11,212 nucleotides of DNA. Origin: Amoeboradix gromovi X-113. Its lineage: Eukaryota > Fungi > Sanchytriomycota. The stretch spans positions 1 to 11,212 of the forward strand of contig JADGIF010000312.1 of assembly GCA_018985225.1 (NCBI GenBank). Direction: 5' to 3'. The notes below the pieces were generated by a model that saw only the letters and a program-made list of their open reading frames with translations, was not told where the DNA came from and searched no databases. Below are positions 1-7,140 of the stretch, piece after piece (position 1 is the stretch's first letter; each line of letters opens with the position of its first letter). Made by a program: the position numbers and the translations under genes.

Positions 1-953
1 GAGAATAGAGAAAACGGGACAAGGTCATCAAAGAGTCTAGGTGCCAGATCTATCCCACTTCGCTCTGTAATAATCTGGAATATCTTACTAGATGATAGCA
101 TAAGCTCAATACCTAAAGCAACTTGGAATACTACACCGACACCCGTCAATGCATTGCTTCGTATTTTCCCGGCCGCACTCACTAGCAGTGTATAGTAGCT
201 AAGGTTGATATTGCTGGATATTTGTTTTAAGTAGTCTATAAGAAATGGATATGGAACAGTCAAGGTATCACCATTAGAGTCACTACGTACACGCAGAAGC
301 CCTACTTTAGTCAAATTTCGAATATTCTCAGAGATGAATCCGCTAGGATATTGAATTTGGCTATTTTCTTTAATTCCTTTAAAGCTACGATAAAAGACCA
401 AGGCAACGACACTATCAAAAAAAGCACTAAATTTATTGTGCTCATATTTATACTTCAAATAAGCGTTACTCATTGCAAGATAAATGGACTCATTGGGATT
501 ATCATAAAGACAGTACAAAAAATGTTGAATGTTTCGTGGTCGTCCACATAGCTTCTCACAAAATCCTGCCGAATCTATCAGCACCATTGCCTCTTTGTTC
601 AGAAAATGACCCAAAACTTGGTGAAAATAGGTTTCGTTGAATCCTGATAACCTCATATCGCTAGGATTTAAAGAGCCTCCAAAAACCAAGTGTTTATGAA
701 TATCACAACTTGTAACTGTCATGACCACTTTGATACGTTTGCAATTGAGAAAAGAGATGGTTGTAGACAACGCCTTTATAAACCTTGATATTTGGAAGCT
801 CTTGAAGTAGTTCTTATTAATAATATCACTGCTCAGCCAATCTTGGATTTCATCATAATGTAGAATGACTTTACAGTCCTTTGGGCCGTCATGTCTAGTT
901 GGCTTCAAGAGCCTTGTGGATTTTCCCTCATTCTCAAAGACAATATCACCCAT
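1..953 (-). CDS. Crinkler/STAND-like P-loop NTPase, central part; 3'-partial (runs off window); probably part of a frameshifted pseudogene
   Basis: Manual translation gives a stop-free minus frame from 1067 to the window edge, first ATG at 953. It is absent from the ORF track because its stop lies outside the window. Contains Walker B-like VILHYDEIQ (869-843), STAND-type GxP motif LCGRPR (GRPR at 545-534) and a GVGVVFQ segment like the lead-in to CR-REase domains. Confidence 0.6.
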   Translation of the reverse strand, partial: MGDIVFENEGKSTRLLKPTRHDGPKDCKVILHYDEIQDWLSSDIINKNYFKSFQISRFIKALSTTISFLNCKRIKVVMTVTSCDIHKHLVFGGSLNPSDMRLSGFNETYFHQVLGHFLNKEAMVLIDSAGFCEKLCGRPRNIQHFLYCLYDNPNESIYLAMSNAYLKYKYEHNKFSAFFDSVVALVFYRSFKGIKENSQIQYPSGFISENIRNLTKVGLLRVRSDSNGDTLTVPYPFLIDYLKQISSNINLSYYTLLVSAAGKIRSNALTGVGVVFQVALGIELMLSSSKIFQIITERSGIDLAPRLFDDLVPFSLF

Positions 954-1386
954 GCAAACATGTCCTCTCGGAATTTTATTGATATTGATGTAAACATCAC
1001 ATAACAACTTATTACAAATGCAGAAAACAAATTCACGTACTGATGTATTAAACTTTCCAATGAGATTTCATTTGGTAAAGTGTCGTTCATTCTTTTCAGT
1101 TTATTACCTAAACACTTTAAATTATTGATGTTAAGCGGAAAATAACACCCGTCTTTTGAATAATGGGCAACAGCGCTACTTTCACCCATACCTGGGCTAT
1201 CTTTTGTCACTCGAATGATATGCTTGTTGTCTTCTTGAATTACAATAGTGGGGTTCTCAGCCATTTAGAAAGTTCATTCAATTCGGCCAGTTCCAAGTAA
1301 AAAGGAATGAAGGTCGAGAAAGGATTAAGTTTTGCATTTTTATTGGATTTATCAACATTAGAAAAAGGTTTAAAATAATTCTTCAT
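905..1386 (-). pseudogene. Out-of-frame N-terminal fragments of the same NTPase gene (degenerate Walker A)
   Basis: ORF 905..1264 has HIIRVTK-DSPGMGESS (1201-1175), a GxxGxGK[ST] motif with E (GAA) in place of K. A further fragment MKNYF...PFYLELAELNELSKWL lies in a third frame (1386-1240). Two -1 shifts are needed to join the three pieces, and no GTA..ATAG mini-intron explains them. Confidence 0.5.
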
Positions 1387-2387
1387 TGTTTAGAGAATTA
1401 AAAAACAGTTTTTACTTTTGAATGAGAGACCTAGCTTGTTTTTGAAATAGCTGTCCATCCACACGGTCCGTCTCTTGTTCATTGGTAGTTTGATATTGTT
1501 ATAATATGAGACGATGATAGCATAGTAACTATCATTCCTCAATGGAATGGTTCCCACAAAGTAAATAGCTTCTTTTTCATAAATATAGTCTATATACTGT
1601 CCATGGGCATACTTGCACCGAGAGATGCTTTGTATAAATATATCAAGTCCATGTATTGCAAACTATGAGAGACTTGCATTTCTAGCTGTTAGAAACCGAA
1701 AGTTTGCAAGTAAATGATAGCCGATTTGATTAAAAGCTAGAGAATAGAAGGATGATCTAAAAGTATTTAAAAATGACCAAATTTATTGCATTGCGAGATA
1801 AACGGGAATACATAGCAGTTATTTTAATACATATATTAGCCAAATCGATATTCTTTGTTCTACTAAACTAATTCCCATAGTTTTTAATTTTTCCTCGACG
1901 TTTTCTGATTTCAAATCTACCTTAAGTTTGATAGTTTCTATTCAGCACATCTTATTTATGCTTGCACCCGATTCTAAGCAGTTTAAGATAGGGCTGTTTA
2001 GCATTATTGTCAGTAAGTCCTCTATTAATGGTTAGCTCTTAGTAAATTACTTAACTTCAATCAAACAGATTTGCCTCATAACTTGAGAAACGATATTTGG
2101 ATATTGATGAACCCTGTACATTTGCACTATACTTAAATACTTGTGGAGACTGTCAACCTATCAGTTAGCTCTTCTAATGAGTTCATAAATTCTAATATCT
2201 ATAACTTAGACTATTCATCGTCGATTCGGGATGCGTGGTAATCACTTCCTGATAAGCAATAAGGGTCGTTAATCGTGACCTTTGGCCTGACAGCCCTTGA
2301 TAAATGGATGAACACTATTCGTTAAAAATGCTGAACAACTTGAATTAACAAGTATTAAACTTACTAAAATTATGATGAAACCGGTTT

Positions 2388-4027
2388 CTATCGAAATGTT
2401 TTCTTTCTTGTTAAGACAGAATTGTCGTTCTTCGAATCAAATTCAGTACTAGAATTTCTCTCAATATTACCAAATATTTTAATTAATCCTTCTATATAAA
2501 AAATTATTTACCTTTTGCCTTATCGCCGATAGCATTTGTCCGCTTGCCCATAGATATTGCTCTGCTTTGCTTAGCCAGTGAGTACTGACTTAGAACAGAT
2601 TGCAGTTGATCAAATAGCCTTTGGACAGAAGGCTCTTTATCCTGACTCTCTTTGATCGTAAAATCAAGACTGGGAATAGAGTTGCTTAAAAACTGAACAA
2701 ATTCATCATGGATCGGAATCTTGTCATCTTCTATGTTCGCTATATCTGCCAATGCAAACAAACTAGAACTTGCATCTTTCTCGTTTCTTGAAACTATGGA
2801 AACTTCATGTACAAATTCCTTGATCTTGGCTTTGTTCTCGTTGTTTGAAGCTATTCTAGTCAAAGTGCTTGTCTTCTCGGAGCTTTTAGCCAAATCCAGT
2901 TCATTACACATGCTGACAAGCGCTTTTCCTATTTGTATAAGGCCTCTTGATTTGGCAGATGAAATCTCTTGATTTGTTATTTTATGTTGTATGGGGCTAG
3001 TTATCGCAGGAACCAGTATCCTTAAAAATAAGAAACTGGCGAGAATGGTGTCCACTACAGTGTTTGCTACTGCTTTGGATCTCTTTCTATGTGCGTTTTT
3101 ACCTTGCATTTTTGTTCTTCTTAGGGTGCCTGTACTATTCTTTTTTTCTTCAGAAGACGTTGGTACTTCAGGCTCATCCTTTCTCGGTTCTCCTACGGTG
3201 GAGCGCATTTCCTCGGTTATTTCCACCTGTGGTGTGTACGCTGCCCTAACCGATGTTTTGCGAGCCAAAGATGACTTTCGTACAATTGTGTTGGTACTCT
3301 CCGTGCTGTCGTCCTCGTCTTCCTTAAAAATATCTAGTCCATGATCTGAAGTTGCAAAGCTCTCCTTTCTCTTTAGACTAGAAGCATGAAGATCCTGCTC
3401 CACATCATCTTCAGGCATTTTTGTTAATGCCGAGGTGATCTTTATTCTGAGAACATTAAATATTCGATAAATAGGCTCAGGTAAAACATCAACCTTGGAA
3501 ACAACAGCATTGACAATTTTACTCACATTCAACTGTATAAGTTTATCTGCGATGTCTTTCCCATTTTTGTCATCTTCTTCAAATATAAGATGCTCTAGGT
3601 TAGGAAGCATTTCTTCCATGATTTCTCCAAAAACTAGTTTGAAGTAATTCTCACAGCTGTCCTTTATGTATTGTAAGATCATAAGCATTATTAGGGAGTT
3701 GTCTCTCAGCACATTTTTCATGTCCTGCACCGTTTCTATTTTTGAGTAGTGTGCCTGTATTTTTTTTTCCAATAGTTGAAAAATAAAGTCTTCCATTCTC
3801 TCTTTGCAAGCGAAATGAATTATCTCCATAAAATAACGCGAGGGCTGAGAAGAATCACTTATCTTAGTATTACTCACAATAAAAGCAGACAGGCACATGT
3901 TTTCATCAAGCAAAATAGTCAAAATTTGACGTTTATATTGGTTAGTTAAAGTTCTATCTAAACCTTCAGTGGAATTCATGTCTTTAGTATCTCTGTCTTT
4001 CTTCCTAAATGTACCACTACGCTGCAT
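2388..4027 (-). CDS. RasGAP-domain protein; exons 4027-2512 and 2491-2388 (539 aa)
   Basis: Arginine-finger region VLRDNS, signature FLFLRILVPAITSP and RGLIQIGKALVSMCN. First ATG is 4027 (the track uses a TTG). Removing a 20-nt intron extends the C-terminus to a TAG at 2390-2388. Confidence 0.8.
2492..2511 (-). other. Putative 20-nt spliceosomal intron GTAAATAATTTTTTATATAG
   Basis: GT...AG ends; contains the ORF's TAA. Splicing gives ...DKAK-EGLIKIFGNIERNSSTEFDSKNDNSVLTRKKTFR*. Confidence 0.7.
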
Positions 4028-4689
4028 AAAAAAATGGGTAATCAAAAGATTCGCGACTGAGACACTGACTGTAAAAGCTAATTTTTACGGGGTCCTATAC
4101 TTTATCACCTAAAAGCTATGTGAAGTATTTCTACTATCATTTCTTCTTTGAGAACTTGACTTTCACCATTACTCAATGACTATGTATTACATGAAGACTG
4201 TTGTAGCACGCATACATATTTTGATCCACGAATGCATTAAAGTGGTTGCACTAGCGTAATCTTGGACCGCTACAAGTGATCTTTCATGCTCTTATAATAT
4301 CCGTCATTGTAATGACACTTGAAGCATTCTGGTAATATAAAAATGTTCATAAATAGATTCATTATTTTATCTTGCGACGCTTGTTTGATTTATGCTCTCA
4401 TTCTATTTTAAATTTTATTTCTCATCGGTAAAAGAATCCAGATTTTCTTACTTTAAATTATTAAAACTTTTGTCGCTATCGTTTCCGACAGAAAAAGGCA
4501 AACATATGTGCTCGAGGATTAAAATGTGATTGATTTAGTTAAAAGCTTGACAAGAAACTTTGCAAACTTCCTCTAAATTTTTAACAAAGCAATACCTTGC
4601 TGGCATTCGAACATCTAATTTGACGCAATTATAAAGCAAGGCCTTTTTAACTTTTGAATTAATTGCGGCTACTACTTTACCTAAAGGCC

Positions 4690-6542
4690 ATGTCTACATG
4701 GAATCAGCGTATTATTCTTAAAACTTTATTTGAGAGGTACTCTACCTATGGATATCTTGATCATGATAATTTGAATCAAGTACTTTTAGATTTGAGCAAC
4801 CCGTTTCCATTACCATTTGAGCATAGTTATAAATTGAAAGATAAAATTAATTTTGAAGAGTTTGATGACTTTATTAGAAATTGCTTCTTTCCAAAGAAAA
4901 AGGAGTGGTTATCATCTTTTAAATCTGATTTCATGCATTTTAAAAATGGAAAAATCGAGCTTTCTCGTTTGTACCATAAGATCAAACATCTTATTTCAAA
5001 GTTAAACTTTAGTTTGATCTCTCCGGAACAACTGAAATTTGAAGAGCTACTAGAAATTTTGCATCTCGATGACATAATCGAATATCAATCTTCACTTTCG
5101 ACTGAGTTGGCACAGTCACCGATAATTTCTTATGCCTCTAGTCTCCTGAAAAAGGACATCGAGTTTTCTAGTTTTGAACTGTCAGAATCATCTATGCAAT
5201 ATGCCCTGGAAGTAAAGATGTTAGGCCTGAGCCACGTTTCAAGTTACTTTTGCAAAAATTGCAATTCCAAATTTAAATTCGTATTTCAATTACTGCCAGG
5301 GTCTCTCAGTGACATTATATCAAACATATACACCCAAAATGTTAAGTTTCGAGTTTACTTGAAAAACTCAGCTATTTATTATGACAGCTTCATACCACTG
5401 ATTGAATTGCTATTTAACAGAAAATTATCCAAGTATAAAATTCAGCTGCAACCCTGCAATAAAAATAGCTCTGAAATACAGCTTTCTTTCATTTTCAAGG
5501 ATTTTACTCAAGATCAATTTAAGTTTGTCCATATATTTGATGCATTTCAAATTTCCCTTAGAGCAACTCAATTAGGTATTTTAAAGTCTAGCGGCTCCAC
5601 ATACTACAAGAAACTGGAAGTTCTATTTAATGCGCATCCTATAAAAACATTTCCTCTCGTCTGGAATTGTAAAGGGCAACACGTTCCTATTGAGAAGTTG
5701 CTTCGTATTCATAATATGGAAAACTTTGGTTTTGCAAACCAGAAATTTTGCTTCAACCCGTGCATGTCGAACAAATCAGCCCTTGATAAAAGTAGCTTAG
5801 ACATATTTACGAAATTGAAGGCGTGCGAAACTCAAAACTTGGATTTTGAAATTAAAAACAATGATTGGAATTGCCAAATCTCATTATATATTCGCTCCAT
5901 AGAAGAGATACTTCAAGAAAAGAGGATTTCTAGATTTGAAAGCGTGCTGTATGCGTATGGATTGCCTTTGAATATTCAAGGAGAAATAGTTATGGGTTGG
6001 AAAAATGGATATCCAACAGCCATTCTGCTTAAAGATAAAACCTTACATGGATACAATTTTCAGGGATCGGAATCGAATATCGGAAAACTCATTGATGAAA
6101 TATGTTTTGTGCTATCCTCAAAAAATCTTTCGTTTTTCAGCGGAACTACGTAACTTGAAAATAACATAGGTTACAATTCACATCAGATAAATCCAAGCAC
6201 ATGGTCTTATTAAAGGAATTCATCCTTTTGCAGTTTGACGGGATTCCATCTCAGATTATTTGCAGCATCAGCAAGGGCGACTTGGAGGAAATAATTGTAT
6301 CGAAAATCAAAACGTTGCGAAGCCAAACAGGACTGGACCTAAAATGGGATAAGTTCAACCCTTGGGAGGTTCAAAAAAAAAGCTTAGAAATACTGGAAAT
6401 AGAATTTGCGCAACTGGATATTCTGTGGATAACTGAAAAATTGAAAGAGTCTAATGCTATATACAATTCGAATAAAACGCTCTTGTTAAAAATTGTTCAG
6501 CAATATAAGAATCCCTGCAAACTATGGATATGTTTCAATTAA
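4690..6542 (+). CDS. Divergent CEP76/CC2D2A(MKS6)-family protein with N-terminal EF-hand-like repeats; exons 4690-6149 and 6170-6542 (610 aa)
   Basis: EF-hand-like GYLDHDNLNQVL, KINFEEFDDFI and LKFEELLEIL. IVMGWKNGYPTAILL and IDEICFVLSSKNLSF resemble the transglutaminase-like core. LEEIIVSKIKTLRSQTGLDLKWD and LLKIVQQYKNPCKLWICF resemble the CEP76/CC2D2A C-terminal domain. The two track ORFs join in frame through a 20-nt intron. Confidence 0.6.
6150..6169 (+). other. Putative 20-nt spliceosomal intron GTAACTTGAAAATAACATAG
   Basis: Contains the TAA at 6151-6153. Removal fuses ORF 4663..6153 in frame to ORF 6201..6542 (SGTT-LQFTSDKSKHMVLL). Confidence 0.8.
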
Positions 6543-6645
6543 ATAAAATCTTGATATAATCAGCTGAGTTTTGAAGATAAGCAGCTAGTTTAATAGCAAC
6601 TGACGTTTCGAGAGATAGCATGAAGATGGGCTCACTTTTACAAAA

Positions 6646-7123
6646 GGGACATCAAATATAAAAACTGAACTAACTTTCTGTAACAACTTGGAACGTTATT
6701 TCAGCTTTCTTAATTTTATGGATTTAAGAGGCGAGTGGACATTCAGCTGGTTGCGGAGTTGACGAGTATAAAAGGAAAATAAATATTCTGTACAGCTATT
6801 CTCTTACTCTTTCATTTAGTCTTTATTTCAAACAAAATATCACTATTACACTTCAAAGAAACAGATAAGAGTAATGATGTTAGTATAACATTACGAAATG
6901 GCTCTAGAAAAGAGTACCGTCTAAGAAAATGCACCTTTTGCTAAGATGCTCAACGACCTCATATATTTGAAAGAGATGTAGGGTCTTTTAGTTTTATTTT
7001 GAAAAGAGGAATACAATCAATGAAAGAAAATTGGTATAGTAGAAGAAGATCTTTAATTAATGATTTCATCCGTATGGTGCACCTTTAAAAACGAGTTAGT
7101 CTAGTTTTTATATTTGGTGTCCC
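6646..7123 (+). mobile_element. 478-bp non-autonomous TIR DNA transposon (MITE-like) carrying a Fanzor/TnpB remnant
   Basis: 30-bp TIRs matching 27/30: GGGACATCAAATATAAAAACTGAACTAACT (6646-6675) versus revcomp of 7094-7123, GGGACACCAAATATAAAAACTAGACTAACT. A second copy of the right end lies at 11095-11212. No clean TSD. Confidence 0.85.
6781..7088 (+). pseudogene. Decayed Fanzor (TnpB-like RuvC nuclease) C-terminal fragment
   Basis: One frame reads QLFSYSFI*SLFQTKYHYYTSKK (YYTSK at 6844-6858). After a frameshift it reads KEYRLRKCTFC*DAQRPHIFERDVGSFSFILKRG (CxxC 6930-6941, RD 6972-6977). This is the order of the TnpB/Fanzor signature [TS][TS]xx-Zn finger-RD, positioned just inside the right end. 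Confidence 0.6.
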
Positions 7124-7140
7124 ATTTGAAACAATGACCA
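7011..7140 (+). ncRNA. Candidate Fanzor omegaRNA (scaffold at element right end plus flank-derived guide); 5' end unknown
   Basis: Lies downstream of the RuvC-III-like RD. Hairpin GCACC(7079-83)/GGTGT(7116-20) encloses TAAAAAC(7086-92)/GTTTTTA(7104-10), and both stems are unchanged in the second copy. Inference only. Confidence 0.35.

Noticed and set aside
351-551. 66-aa plus-strand ORF
   Set aside because: Antisense shadow of the long minus-strand NTPase frame.
1008-1053. Intron to repair the NTPase frameshift
   Set aside because: The best donor (GTACGT) gives 33 nt, which preserves frame. The 14- and 29-nt options do not fit the GTA...ATAG consensus.
1390-1791. TAA/TAG-to-Gln recoding (as in Amoeboaphelidium protococcarum) to explain in-frame stops
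   Set aside because: ERV1 and CSM3 end in TAA at expected positions, and the Q-rich SLA1 uses only CAA/CAG.
1958-2136. Small plus-strand gene with a 23-nt GTAAGT...TAG intron
   Set aside because: Only about 50 aa, no homology cue, and the acceptor differs from the consensus.
4107-4350. Minus-strand frame MNIFILPECFKCHY... with three internal stops
   Set aside because: No recognisable family; indistinguishable from intergenic sequence.
6609-6630. U6-like AGAGATAGCATG
   Set aside because: Lacks an intact ACAGAGA box and the U6 internal stem-loop.
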